From: Balanoglossus misakiensis
Lineage: Eukaryota > Animalia > Hemichordata
Assembly (NCBI GenBank): GCA_040954595.2
Contig: CM082590.2
Location: 11,222,655-11,286,654 of the forward strand
Direction of reading: 5' to 3'
Length of the DNA stretch: 64,000 nt
Each line of letters begins with the position of its first letter. Position 1 is the first letter of the stretch. Below are positions 13,688 to 28,226 of this stretch, piece after piece. Under the pieces are notes generated by a model that saw only the letters and a program-made list of their open reading frames with translations, ran no database searches and was not told the origin of the DNA. The position numbers and the translations under genes are program-made.

Positions 13688-14352
13688 ACTCATGATTATG
13701 GATGATAATGGTTAATACTAAGAGTTTGTGGTAAATAGGGACATTGATTATGTTGTCATTGTCAAAAGGTTATACTGGAAACAAGGGAAAGTAGCTGTTT
13801 GATATCATATTTGGCCAAATATGATGGGTGATCACAATTATTGAATTAAGTCACAACCCTGGTACTCAATGATAAGGGCACGTGACATTCACAAGATGGT
13901 AGAAAATCCCCCCAGCCAATTGTGACTTAGAATTGGCAAACAGGAGTTAGGGAACCAGAGTGTATTGTGCAGAAAATAACACGCTTGTACACAATCAATT
14001 ATGTTTCAACTGGTCAGAGACCTATAATTATAAACAACAACAACAACAACAACATTGAAACCAACAAATTAATATCCTGCAAAGTGTTAAATTGACAATA
14101 TGTTGATATGGCATGGAAACGAAAAATAACTACATTACAGAAGTCATTTCAAAGAAGTATTTGTATTTTAACTCTGCACTCTCATCCTTCATGAACTCTG
14201 ACAAGTCACATTAACATTTTCTTCTGAATTTGGTTCAACTTCAGAGGATTAAATTGTCACATATGAAAAACAATGAAAATGTTTGTTTATTGTTAAGTTC
14301 TTGATCAACTTGAATATTTCCAGATTGTCAAAACTGCTTTGTGTGTGCAAAA

Positions 14353-16191
14353 TTATGTTCCGGTATCAACTGAGTTATTCACCTCACTGCTAGCATCTGT
14401 GATTATTTTCTCTCCATCATTGCCTGCTAGCTGTTTTGGGGAATTTGCCTTCATGTGTGATTTCTGATGGGATGTTAGGTTACTCTTGTTTGTAAATCGT
14501 TTGCTACAAACTTTGCATTCAAATGGTTTTTCTCCAGTATGAATTCTCATATGTGCGATCAGAGAACTGCTTCTTGTAAATCGTTGGCCACACACTCCAC
14601 AGCAAGGCGGCATCTTTTGTCCACGAACGAATCTTCGTCTTTCTTTCACAGGTTTACCACTTGCATGTAATTTCTCATGTGTCCTCAGATTCCCGCGGTG
14701 GGCAAACAATCTGCCACATTCTTTGCATTTAAATGGTCTCTCACCAGTATGTATACGTACATGTGTTATCAATGAGGCTTGTCTAGTGAATGTTTTCCTA
14801 CATATTTCACAAACTGGTTTCTTTTTTTCGCACGGCAGATTTTTGCCACGAGACTTGTCATACATTCTCATTGCGCTATTAGAACTAGTGCCATCATTGT
14901 CCAAGTCAATAGCGCTCTCTGAAGGTGACATGTCCCTGCTACTGTGGGTGCCCTCGGAAGGCTCTTCTCTGTGAGAAGTGCCCCCTACACCAGGGGGAGT
15001 TGCAATGTCCTGTTGTTCAACGACATGACAAGATTGTGGCTGGCTGGTTGCTGTCACAAAATCTTGATCACATCTGCATTGCATAATGCCATAAGGTGCT
15101 TCCTCTTTGACACGCGTAGTAGGTTTATACTTAATCACCGCATCTTTCACTGACCAGGATTGTATTCTTATATTCTCTGACTCCTCATCAGTGTTGCTAT
15201 GGTTACCATGAGACAAAGTCTGCAAGGAGTCAGATCCTTCATTCGCACCGACGGTTGACTCTGAACTTCCATTTACAATCCCTCTCCCCTGGAAAACCTC
15301 ACCACGAACGTCTACTTCTGTGTCCTGCCTGTGATTGGTTGAATTTTCCAAGTCTTTCTTGTTCGACTGTTTTGAGTTTCTTGACTCCCCTGTACATACT
15401 GTTACATTCATCTGTAGAGCCCCACTCTCTGACAGAAAGTTCATAATTCTCATCTTTTCTGGAAAAAATATAAAATATATATGTTTTTAATTTAAAGTTT
15501 ATGTATATTTAATATCTAAAGGAAGAACTTAAATATTAGTGTCATTTATTCAATACAAAGAAACATATTTACCTTGGTCAGACAGCGTATTATTTCTCAG
15601 TCTTAGAAACAGCTCCTGGGTTACTTTTATAAAACAGTCACCAAGACGTTGTACTTGATTGGTCCGTTTAACTTCCTCCCAAAGATAAGAACATTCTGTG
15701 GAGAGAGATGTTTACATCAATATTTTATGAGATGCAATCTTATTAAACTGTAGAAGTGTTCTTCGTCTCTCGTTTTGCAAAACACTGCTTATTAATTTGA
15801 TTTCTTTCTTGATTTTTTTCTGATGTCTTGTGCTCAAAAGATGGAGGCAGGACTAACATGTAGTCATGGATACAAATTTATCCAGCTAAACATCACATCG
15901 GATCCCTACCTTGAAAGACAATACCTGATTATAGTAGGGGAATATAGTTGTGTCTTGAGTTGTTCTGAACCCCCAAAAGAAGGAAAGAAAGAAAGAACGA
16001 CGAGAACCATTACCTTGGAAGCACATTGATGTCGATCCGGTGTTATTGAAATTGCATCCCGGAAGTTGATTGTTTTGACTAGCAGACGTCGTTTCGTTGA
16101 CGCTGTCTGACTCGAATGGATTTCCTGGTTCGGTAAACGTCAGGTTAATAGTCTTTTTCACACAAAGATCAACATCTCCGATCGTTGCCAT
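14353..16191 (-). CDS. C2H2 zinc-finger protein (ZNF-C), 3 exons, 4 fingers in two pairs
   Basis: Exons 16191-16014, 15695-15573 (123 bp) and 15458-14353, with phase-1 introns. Reads ...SMCFQ/ECSYLWEEVKRTNQVQRLGDCFIKVTQELF.../EKMRIMNFLSESGALQMNV. Clear paralogue of ZNF-B. Confidence 0.88.
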
Positions 16192-16295
16192 GGTTACGCC
16201 AATCCTTCCTGGAGCGAAACTCAGAAATTCAGCCTTTCCTTCGAACAGCTGCAAGCGTGTGTGTGATGTGCAATGCACTATGGGAAAAGATACAC

Positions 16296-16498
16296 GCTCA
16301 CTGCCGCCCTCTTCGGCGAAACATTTTTCACTTTGTTTTTACTTCACACTTCTCAATGTGGCGATTCGACGAGAACTTGTCATTTTCGAGACTTTAATTT
16401 CATCCTTTTACTCTGAGGGTCTTTTCTTGATATTATATCAGGAGCCTTGATTAATTTTTGTCAAGTTATTGCCCATATCAAGCATTTTAAATGCTCAA
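16296..16498 (-). repeat. Solo copy of a dispersed ~200-bp element in the ZNF-C promoter region
   Basis: The reverse complement aligns along its full length with subunits of the 28.2-31.1 kb array (gcattt..aatg..gatatgggcaataa...ggctcct...aaaacaaagtgaaaaat...gaagagggcgg.ag.gagc). Confidence 0.8.
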
Positions 16499-19366
16499 GA
16501 TCAAATAACAGCATGACTGTCAAAATCCTTTGACAGTGTTCTGTAACAGCTGAACTAACTTTACACACACACAGAGGTAGAGACAGGGATTATTAAACAC
16601 ACCAAGTTTATGTCATATATCTCATCAACACATTTATTTTTCATCTTCATACTTCAAATCTTTGACTTACATTGCATGATAAGTTAAACATGTATAAGTT
16701 AATATATATAGCTTGGTAAGAGAGTAATAAATACATATAAATAAAGCTTTGAGAGGACTTGGTTTTCAGTTTCCAAAAAATGGGACTTTTTCAGTTTTAC
16801 AGGTTTGACTTACTGGCATCTTCGTAAGGTTGGAAAGAATTATGATTCAATGTTGTATAAGACGATCGTAAACATACACTTCAGCAATAATTTGACACCA
16901 CAAGTTTTCAAAGAAATTACTAGACTGAAGTGAAGTGTAACACCAGTTTCTTTGCCAACAGGGAACAAATGTAATTGATGAATAATTCAGTTGGCAACAT
17001 ATCACCTGCAAAATTATGCATAATATTGAAAATTCAAATCGACAAATTTGGGAAGATTTTCTCTATTTTTGGGGTGGGAATCCCTTTTGCATATAAATAC
17101 TTTCATTTACAATAATTTTTGCATCATTGTTTTACACTTTGAGAAAAAAGGATTTTTAAATAGAAGGCAACATGGTGGCAATGATCCTTCTGGAGACAAT
17201 AAATAACCAGCCAACATACACCAGTTCACCACAGACTACATGACATCACAGGATGTCAAATATTGTATCGATTACAAAATTACATATTTCAGAAATCACC
17301 GATAAGTATGGTATTGAAACAAATCACACTTAATTAAAATCACAAAAAAGAAGACAGACAAGATTTGTCATAAATCAACAAACCCAACCCAAACCAGATA
17401 TTCTACAAATCTTCATACAATATCTCTTCCAACAACTTTGACACATTTAATTGATGTGATGAAATATTCTAGAAATGATAGACTCCTGATATGGAGGTAA
17501 CAGGCTCACTTCTATTCTATATCGGTATGGTCACTCGGACTCTAAACATGGTACAAATTAAGTGGTGATTTGGTGGGAAACTTGGCTTGTGTAGGATTTA
17601 AACTTTCCATTTCTATGCAGCAAAGAGTTTACTCTGTAACAGACATTGTACATGCCTACAGTCATACTCATAATCATACTCTGGTTATACCGTAACCCAA
17701 AGCAACTAGTCTGCCTGAAAGCATTTGGCATGCAGGCCTTGGAAGCAGCCATCTTGTTGATCACATGCTTGACAGATGACAGTCCTCAATTTATACTTTT
17801 CACTCAAGTTTTTGACTAAAATGATATCTCTTCTTGTAGCGCAGCACAAGAATGTTACAGGTCCCCAAAATGACGATATCTGTGTCTATCATGCAATTCT
17901 GTGTACACAGTTATGTCACAGAGGCTGAAATCTATTTGTAAAGCTTATATTTTATATTATACAATTTACATCAACACTGCCTCATTTTATTTCCTGAAAA
18001 TGTGTTTCCTTTCAAATCTTGTGAATTAATTTACAGACCCTACAACAGATCTTTAAAATTTCACACTGATCTCACATCATAAATCCAGTGTCATTTTCAC
18101 AGTGGTACACAAGTTGACAGACATTACAGTGAAACATACAGCAGAATTTAGACCATTACATTTTTGTCACATCTGAGGCGAGGATAAAGATGGAATTGAA
18201 ATACACCACTTGTTTGTACTCCTGTCACACGATTTTTTCAGCATATGGTTTTCATCAAACACTGTAGTCGTCTGCAAGTGCTTTATCTGGTCTGAAGCAA
18301 GACCAGTGTTTTGGACCTGCAGACACAATGAATTTTGCCATCCTGTGATTGGTGCTGATCATATCACGTGACAGGAAGGCAGACTACAAATCTGTATCCA
18401 CATTTCTGACGACAGAATATGACATTTCATGATCTCGATTACTGTGATGTTTTCAGAGGAGGAAGAGATGACAGTGTGTACAGATGACAGAACATCTAAT
18501 GAAAAGAATGTCATAATATGACATTTGAATTAAAATAGAAATGATAAAAGTCTGACTGAGTTCAAAACAGAATCCAACCCTAGCATACCTATTCACAGGT
18601 ATGCTGGTTTGACCTGAGCACAGATCTCCATTACAATCTATGGATGGAACCATTCTGAGCTGGGTTGAAAGGATTGACTGATTAAAAAGAAATTGAAGTG
18701 AATAAAAGTTTAAATGAAGCACCAACCATCATCTGATGCTATTTTGATTTGAAATCTTATGCAACATATATGTCTCTACAAAATCTTCAAACCTCAAATC
18801 AAATTAGCATCAAATACAGTAATGACAAATTGGCAGATTTAAAAGTCACAAAACAGAAGAGCTGACAGCTTTAAAATAAGGTTTTGTTTCTGTTCTTACA
18901 GAATTAATTCTTGTACAGTGAGTTTGCATAACTGCACTGTGTCACGACAAACATTAACAAAAACACAAAAACTGCAATGTTTACTTGCAAAACAAACACA
19001 ATCATAAACATACTTATTAAGTTTCAATGAAACTTTCATGATCAATGTACATGTATATACAAAGATGATGTGATCTTGTCAAACCAAAAGATCACTGAAA
19101 ACTTTAGTAATAATATATCATCTATATTTTGGTTACACACATCTTTTGTTTTATCTTGTGGCATATAGTAGAGATTTGTTTTTGCAAAAGATTTGGTAAA
19201 CTGTTTGTAGTTAATGCCACATTTGAAACAGCAATGACCATATTTGGAAGAATATTCTTCTTTGGTGCTGACCATGCCATAAATGGAACAATTATCATAT
19301 TTGGATTAGCAGTCCTCCACATATATGCAATACAAATGTTGTCGTTGGTCCCTTAATTAAACATTC

Positions 19367-22300
19367 TTACTTCTTAGGTGAGAATTTTGGATTGCTTGGC
19401 ATTTCTGTGTATGACTTGAGTTCATATTCTGTGATTCCTGAGTCCATATCAGCTCTGTTTCTTGCGAAGATCAGTCGAATATCTGTATGTAAATATATAT
19501 GCCCTGATTTGGAACTCATAAACCTAAAACAGAACAAATGAATTGACGTGTTACAAGTAAGAGACAAGCTATTGATCAGCTTCTAAACATTTTGTATTAA
19601 ATTTTCAAAATTTTCTTATATGCAAGAATATATTCTGCATATTCTGTTTCATAACATTTGTGTGTTTTTTTAAAATAATTTTCATGGGTAGTTCATGATA
19701 GTACAGATGGATGTGAGATTTTGAATACTGCCATCACTAACACTGATTGTTGCCAATTTCCATGAGACTCACCTGAGATGTATGAGGTACCGCAGTTGTC
19801 TCACTCTCTCATCTTCATCATCATCGTCCTGGAGACTTGCGTTGCTAGGCATGTAGAAAGTCCTTTGTCGGATGAAGGTCTGACAGTTGGGCGGCATGTC
19901 GGAGAGGTCGTACACAACAACAAACATTTTGACGATGGTTTTGTTTGGGTTGAGTAGAGTCTGAAAAATTGTAAGAAGTGAAACACAACAGCTTCTTAGA
20001 AGTCACTCAAATTGTAATGGAATTCTCATCGCATCAACTAAAAAAATGACTAAGCTAGATTTTGAAAACTTACAACTTGTACGGTTCCTTTCTTTGGCAC
20101 ATGATATCCTTTGCGACCTAATGACTCCAGACTTATATGTCCCTGAAAGATAAAATCATGACAAAAACAATAGATTTCTTACTAAGAGGTCAAATTAAGT
20201 TCAAATATGACTGCTTCACTGGAAAGTAACAAAAAGAAAGTCTGAAACTCCGTAAGAAAATGAGAAAACACTAAAATGATGAATCCAATGCAGAATGTTG
20301 ACTTACCAAATAAGGAGATGGTGCATTGTCATCTGACACATCAAAAAAATAGGCTGTCACAGGTAAAACTTTGTGTTTGGGGCAGAAGGAACCACTAGCA
20401 CCAATTTCTGCAGTGAAACCATCAACTGTACCCACAGGTTCAAACCGACCGTTCAAAACACATTCCTGGAATAAAAGTATGCTTATTATTAGCATGGTAT
20501 CTTCTCCTCCAGGGTTATAAACACTGATAGGGACTTGTCAACTTTGGTATGTCTGTCAATGATGCATCTTATAAAATAACAACACTGTTTATGCTGATGG
20601 TATTTTCAGTCGAAACTAGATAAATATATGGAATGAACCGAAGGATTTTTCAAGACTCACCTCAAAATTTCCGAGTAATGATGAGGTAGACGGAGGCGCA
20701 CTCTTACTCAAGAGTTTCACCGATGCATTGAGAGGTCGGTTAAAACCAGAACTAGAAATAAACAGTAAACAGATTTGAATTAATAACCCTTGCAGTGCAG
20801 AAAGACAAACAATTGAAATCCGCATTTTTATGATTCAGCGAAGAGAATGCCGTCACAACCATACACAGAATTTCTTAGGCAACAAACATGAAAGTCCAAT
20901 TGAAATAATTTGTGATACAATACTTCTATCCCTTTCCTTTTCCTTTTCAGATGAAACAACCGAAAGAAATTACTGAGCTCTTGACAAAAATGTGACCAAA
21001 TATGACAAGGCAAACAAGACTGAAGACCCCTGACCGAAAGCACAACTTACTTTTGGTCAAAGCTGACATCATTCAGGTTAGTCATGGATCGATCAAATGT
21101 GTAACTGTTTCTGTTTATTCTGCGAGGAGGAGCCTGGGAAGAACAAAGACAAGGAGATATGTAAGTTCTTCAAGACAGAGATTCCATAACCATAGTAACA
21201 AGAGTCTATCCGAAATTGTCAATCCCAAGGACTGACCAAAATTTCACATAATGAGGACATGCCCAACCACAAATACATTCATATTCAAAAAGAGTGTTTG
21301 GCTCATATAACTTCAGGAGCTATGAACGTAATGTTATCTATCACTCCAAAAACGTAATGAGCTCTATGACATGTTAGTCAGTACTCAATGGGTTGACATA
21401 CCGGACTCGAATTAATGGGTAGCCCTGTTTTGGGATGGAAGACGGTGTTTGTTGTTCCTTCAATGGATCTTCTTCCAAGAGTTGCTAATGCTGGGGATGT
21501 CTTACTCCGCACCATTCCTCTCTCTTCAAGTTTTTGGTGTTGTTGACAGTGTTGCTGATGACACTGACATGCCAAGTTTTCTTCATCATCAACATCTTGC
21601 AGCTCATCGTCCAAATCATCTTCATCATCATTATCGACATCACCATCATCATCATCATAAACACCAACATCATTTCCTTCTCTTTCAAGTTCTTCTCGCT
21701 GTAAAATTTCCTCTTCAGCTTTCTGTTGCTGTTGTGCGTTAGTATCAACCACTTTGCGTAACAAAGTACTTAATAGCGAGTTCTTTGACTTTCCTGTTTC
21801 AGTCTGTTTTTTCGCATCTTTTGTTCTGAACCACAAATATTCAATTTCCTGTCTCTCTGCTGGTTGTTTGTCAAAGTGGTGATCTGTTTTATCTCTCTTA
21901 TCTCGAAGCGATAACTGCTCTATTATATTCTCGACATCATCAGCCTTGTTACCATAGAAACCAGCAAAGCCAGCACCGTTGTCGCTATGTTGTATTGCAT
22001 TGTGGGGAAATTTACTGAATGACTTTGATGGAATGTTGTCTGGTTGTTTTACTGCTCCAGTGCATTTGTATGTTAGTTGTTCCTCAACTCCAGGCGGTAT
22101 ACTTGTTGTCAATTTCTCTGTCTTGAGGGAAGTCCTAAGATTGTTTTCACTGACGTTTGCAGGTTTTAGCTGTTTCTTTCTTGCTCCTGTATTTTGCGTC
22201 TGTGAATCTGTTGATTGCACTTGTGAAGTTGACATGCAAGTCTTGTCTAGACTCGAGACTCCATTGGAAAATTCCTTGACATCCCAGTGAGGAATGGAAC

Positions 22301-25300
22301 ACTCCACTCGTGGAATGTGTTTCTGTCTTGTCAGGGATTTCACCGAAACTCTCATACAACTTCCTCTTCCCAACGATGATTTGGGAAATTCATGAGTGTC
22401 CACGGAACCCTCAAAGCTACTGGCCAAAGATTCCCCTGGAGCACACACACTGTGATCAACAAGAAAAAAATAAAAATAAATTCCTTCTCCATGCATATGT
22501 TACACATGTATTTATTTCCACACCTACACCCCCCACCCATACTGAAATTTTGGTCTGACCTCTTTGTATTTCACTGCGCGGGTCGTACCGTTTCATAGTA
22601 GTTAGGGGGAGATCAGTACATACCTACAGATAACCACCACAGGTTCTTTACCATGAGTTGAACTGTACCATGAACTTAGTTGTGAGAAGTGAAGATACGA
22701 TCGCACCGCTTGGATAAGCATACATCGCCCTAGTAACATTTCACCACTCCTGAAAAGTAACCATCATTAAAACCAGATGTCAGTTTTTCTTTCTTGAGCT
22801 TCAGTATGCTCAGTTTCCATGGTAACATGCACATACAGTTATCGTGCTGTAAGAAGCCAAGAAAATTGTTTACATCTTATTTATAATTGTGTTTTTTTGT
22901 ACGGAACAGAATGAACATGACTCTCATTAAGAAACTATGTACAGACTAGATAAATTGCCAAAAGGACACTAGCTGTTATCTATCAGCAAGAGTCAATTAA
23001 TGAACTCCTCATTCCATTGTAGAATAATAGTACCCAGTATTTTGTGCTTCAACCTATGAATTTTTAAGTAGTACTCAGGAGTGTCTCGTAACTTTATCCC
23101 TTTATAAGTCAACTTCTGACAAGAAAGCAAAACTACGACTGGCTATACCTTCTAGCTGAAACTTGTATGGTCCATTGTTCTAACAATATGCACTGTTGCC
23201 TGGTTGCATTACCATCACTGTTGGCCTCACCATCGTGGTAACCATAGTAACAATCTGGATATAATAAGACTTCTACTGACATTGGAATATTATTTTGCCA
23301 TAGCAACATCATTTCTGTTTCCATCTGCTTGGCTTTACTACACTGTAATAAAAAAATAAGACAACATATTTTTTAGATTAATACATATTGATATGATATG
23401 ATCATTTTGTGATAACATTAGTAGCTAAATCATTATGCGGGAGTATACTGAAGTTGTACAACTGTTAACAAATTCCAATATTTTCCATGAAACCAGTAGC
23501 CAATTATCAACCTGGTACCTTATCCATGACAATGCTTATTATGAAAGAGAAGATTTGATTGGCAAGCTGCACATACCTCTCTGTTGTCAGGTTGACACTT
23601 GTGAGATTGCCCTCCACTGGTGTCCACCGGTGGGCAATGAACTCCCTCCTTCCGTCCTTTCACTGATGCTTCCGGCTGCCTTCCATTCACGACCAACATT
23701 CCCAAATCCACAAACAATTTCTCCGGGTTTTCCGGGTTCTCCTCCTCTCCATCCATTCCTGTTTGTGCATCTGCCCGGGAAAGATTGGAAAAGTCATTGA
23801 CCTATCCATATGTATGCTGATCTACTGCATAATTATAGTCAAACCTGTGCCATGTCACAATCACTGTTTTCAAGATTTCACTCTTAACTCTTCACACAAA
23901 TGAAGGTTAGTAGAATGTTTATTTTGTGTGAGGGAAGTCTTTGATGGTTCAGGACAAAAGTACAATGATTGCGTCCTTCACTATAAACTTTGAGGTCACA
24001 TATTAGCATACAATCTCCACAAAAACCCCAGGGACTTTCCCAAGGGTACTTTGGCGAAAAAGCTTTGTCTGTCTTTTTGGCAAAACATGCGATGTTATCC
24101 TCTGCAGATAATAGACATGACAGGAAAGTCATTTCTGGTGAATAAAAAAACAATTTCATTTAGTCTTAATCTAAATTTGCCATTCTCATTAACCCCTTTT
24201 TCATTGAATTTAGAGAGTGCTTTTACACTAACCAATCAGAATACAGCTTTTATTTGACCTTGGACTGATAGCATCACAGTGCAATGCAACACAGATTCTC
24301 AATGGTTTGATCTAGGTCATCTGGGCACCCATGGCAATGACCCCTGACCTCTTTCACCTTGTGTCCTACTTTCAGTCCAACCTAACCTATATCCAACATT
24401 GAACTCACTCAGGGCCCAGTATCTAAAATATTTCAGCATTCCACGGACCAATTTAACCTTGGCCTTGGAAGTATTTTGAATATCAAAATAGCCGTTATAA
24501 AACTGAACCCAACCTAGTTTTTCACCAATTAAGTCAAATTATATTTAAATTTCGCAAACAAAATATGAAAGACCCCCCCCCCTCCAAACAGCCGAGCTAT
24601 ACATAGTCATTATTGCCTTGTAGAGTAAAGAATAACTTCTTGTCCTCAGATGCACATAGTTGGCACAATGCCAAAACGACGGAGACCTATCCCAGCGGAA
24701 ATTTCCCAAGTTGTCCTCAAAGCACAGTTCATTGCCAAGTTATTATTAGCCTTCTAATACTCACTGCTCATATTTCTACCTACACTGAGTTTCCGGAAAA
24801 ATGTACCTCATTATTTCTTAAAGCTTTACGTTGTTTCAAACTGTTAGCATATTCTCAAATTAGAGAATTTTAATTTTCAATTTTAAACACTGAAAACTTG
24901 TCATATTTATGTACATTCATGACATGCTATTTATGCATTACCATGGCAACTGTACATGTACATTCATGAGTTTGTCTGATGTACCTATCTGACAGTCTGT
25001 GTGTCAGTTTTCAAAGTCTGTAGCACTCTGATGTTACAAATAGTAACTGTCCTCATGTTGACCCTTATAGAACATTTACGTTGACTTCTGATCTCTGTTC
25101 AATTATTTTGAGTACAACCTGCTAGTGTTTATCATAAGCCTAAGTATGAGACTGTCTGTTAAAAGCATAAGATCTCACATCTAAATTTATTTCATTGAAA
25201 TGTCCAGGTTAACATAAATTCAGTGAAACTCCCAAATAAACTTTCACTAACCTTCAAATTCTGTACCACGCTGTCTCAGTAGGTTTCAAACTGACAATTT

Positions 25301-27616
25301 AGTACAAACATACCATCATAAATACTAATATATGTATTCATAATTATTGACAATGTATGTAAACAACCAAACAACATTATGTCTTTTGCATACAGGGGTC
25401 ATTCACCCTTGACAGATTTGCAATAGATTTTCTGAAGTGTTTGTGTATCTTTCAGTTTCCTGTTATTGGCAAAGTGCCTGAAAGGCAGACAGTCCAAGTC
25501 AGAAATATACAATACAACACTTTGTTGTTACCATGATCACATGATCACATCAATGCTGTTAAGTGTCCAAGGTCATTCAACATCAACAACCCACATATAA
25601 AAAGGTTTCTCTGTGGGTTTGTACATGGTTGTAACAAAGTCCTTTTGAATTTTTCTATTCTTTGCTAATATCAACCCATACAGATAATTCCAAAACACCC
25701 CCCTTTGTCTTGTCTTTTTACATCTGTGTTCAGGTGAATGATAACTGACAGTTCACCGAGTCCAACCAATTTGCATATGACCCATCCCAGCTTGTAAATT
25801 ACTTGAACACGTTGTCAATATCGTTGAAATCTGGATTCATAATGTTTAAATTTACCCATGACCTTTGACCTGACAACACTGTTTACACTCTAGGGTGTGT
25901 TTGTGTAGAAAGGTTATAGGGTCTTTCCTTCTTAAAAGTCATCTTCTTATATTTCAAATCCTGAGTAGAAAATATCTATCTTGCAATAATTTAACAAAAT
26001 CAGGAAGTTGATCCAACTTCCTCATTTGGGGGATTATTTGGTCATTTTCTTCAAATACTTTTGGGGGAAATCCCCTCCCAAGCTATCATATCTGACAATC
26101 AAAAAGTTAGACCATGATGATTAAATAACATGTGATTCAATCGTGTTACTATTTCCGTAACAACACCACTGAAAATAATGGAGTTTAATTTAAATAAGGT
26201 AAAATACATGTAATTGTTGAGAGTAATTATCATGCCTTCTTCAACAATTATAATTGCAGTCAAGTCCAGATATTATGACCAACCATGTATGAAGAACTAT
26301 ACTACTTTCCGTGACCCAGATAAAGAAAGACATCATTTTTCCATAATCTTCCCAGTTGGCCTTCAGACAAAATTCACTTTGCAAATCAAAGTTGAACATT
26401 CAAACTATCAGTCTTGTCACAAACATGATTAACCCTAGTACTCTCTATCTTTAGATTGCAAACTTTGACCACAAGTCCTAACCTTTGTAATCAGCCACAA
26501 TTCATTGAGATTCACAAACACTATGAACTCTATAACTATCAGGTCAAACAATTACAACTTACCATATGCTGAGCATTTCTTAAATCTTTGTTAAAAAAGC
26601 TACCTTTATGACAAATTCAGACATGAAAGATGAAATGAAGATATGTTTTTATTTCTCAAAAGCACAATAAAAAATGATGCATAACTTAACCTTTGCACCA
26701 AGAATCACTTGCCAACTGTGTGTTCTAATTACAAAGAATTAATTACTGAAATTTGGCACATTGCCATAAACTTCAAACTGTTCACAGTGAAATCATTCAT
26801 TAACAAATATATTTCAGTGAAATCGATTACCCATGATGTGAGAGTTAAAATTATCAGTCTGTCTAAAATATGATATTGGGTAAATGATTGCTGAAAACAG
26901 CTGTTTTGCGATAACACATGGTAACATGTAACAAAAGCCGGCTATTTATTTCTGAAGGTCACTTTAAAAGAAAAAACAAAGTTGAAATAATTAAAAGTTT
27001 ACAGAATTGATAAATGGATGTTAATTCGCAGTTTAAGTATATGAAAGATCTGAACCGGTTAATTGCCCTTGACCTTCAAGCCGATCTCATTAAAATTCAT
27101 TCGTGTGACCTCTATATCAGGTTGTACGTGCACCAGAAGACAATTTTAAACAGCTGGGTTGAAACGTTTCCCGACAAAGGCAGTAAAAGGGGACTGACTC
27201 ATTCCTCCTCGTTGCTAACCAGAACTCAACCCACATTGTTACGATTTTCGGATATCCTCGAATCTTGACATTCAAAATTAAGTCAGGTTTTAGAGTATTT
27301 TTGATGGGAATTAAATCAACATTTGCATAGTTAATTGCCACGTCTATGGTTGCATAATTGACAAAGCAACCATCGGCACATAGCGACAAAGAAAAACGTC
27401 TGTTTTTGGCATCGAGTGTTTGTTCTTACGTCGGATAAACTAAAGAAATTATCAACAGATTAACACATTTCGATTACATACTGTTATTTGTTCGGAGAAA
27501 GTGCGCAAAATAGCAGACTGAAAGAAAAAACACAAAGTGGGCTGGGAACGGGAATTTTGACCTGAATAAGTCAACAAGAAATCAACAAATATGTCCATAC
27601 CGGCATCGGGCTTCAT
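19367..27616 (-). CDS. ATOSA: Atos homolog (ATOSA/FAM214A family), 11 coding exons
   Basis: Approximate exons 27616-27601 (MKPDA), 23770-23577, 23342-23149, 22749-22624, 22449-21402, 21133-21051, 20751-20661, 20465-20307, 20142-20074, 19960-19773 and 19523-19367. Family motifs include SVKGRxEGxHCPP, AVRSYLHFSQLSSW, FHPKTGLPINSSP, SLLGNFEECVLNGRF, NPNKTIVKMFVVVYDLSDMP, LRYLIHLRF and P.NPKFSP. Confidence 0.93.
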
Positions 27617-27784
27617 GTCGCGCTGTCGAGACTATCCGGCCACCGATCGAGAATCTTGGCTAAAGTTGGGCTGAAACTCTGCTTACAGATCCACCCGACA
27701 TCATTCTTCCGTTGTAGTCGGTGGAAAACATCAACTTTTGGAGAAAAAATTCGACAGATCAATGGAAATGACGTTGTTGTGTTA

Positions 27785-27960
27785 ATCACACGTCACGTGA
27801 CTATCAGCTGGCAATGTCAGAGGTCAACAGCTGATTTTGACGTCACATATTATTTGTATGCGGACATGTTCATGGACATCTTGTTGACAATTATTGTCGC
27901 ATAACTCGGTCACGTTCACCTGTGGAGGTCACTGTTCTTGTTCTTGCATTGATTGGTAGA
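27785..27960 (-). promoter_or_regulatory. ATOSA proximal promoter motifs
   Basis: GTCACGTGAC E-box at ~27792, TGACGTCA CRE at ~27838 and a CCAAT box (attgg) at ~27952, all upstream of the first coding exon. Confidence 0.45.
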
Positions 27961-28226
27961 TAATCTACCTGTCCACAGTTTATTTTCTGTTGAAATGTTC
28001 GTCTACTAGCTATTAAAATAACTTTCCTTCACGATATAAATTCGTGTGCGGTGTGGGACCTCCTAGCTAGCTAAAAATAAAGTGTGTCTTTTTCCCGTAG
28101 TTGTATTTTCCCCAATGTTGACATGGAAAAGGAGCACTTTACGTCATTTTTTTTTATTTTTGTCTAGTAATTGCCCATGTCGCGTATTCTAAATGCTCGA
28201 AAAATAAAATTATTGCTTGTATGTTT

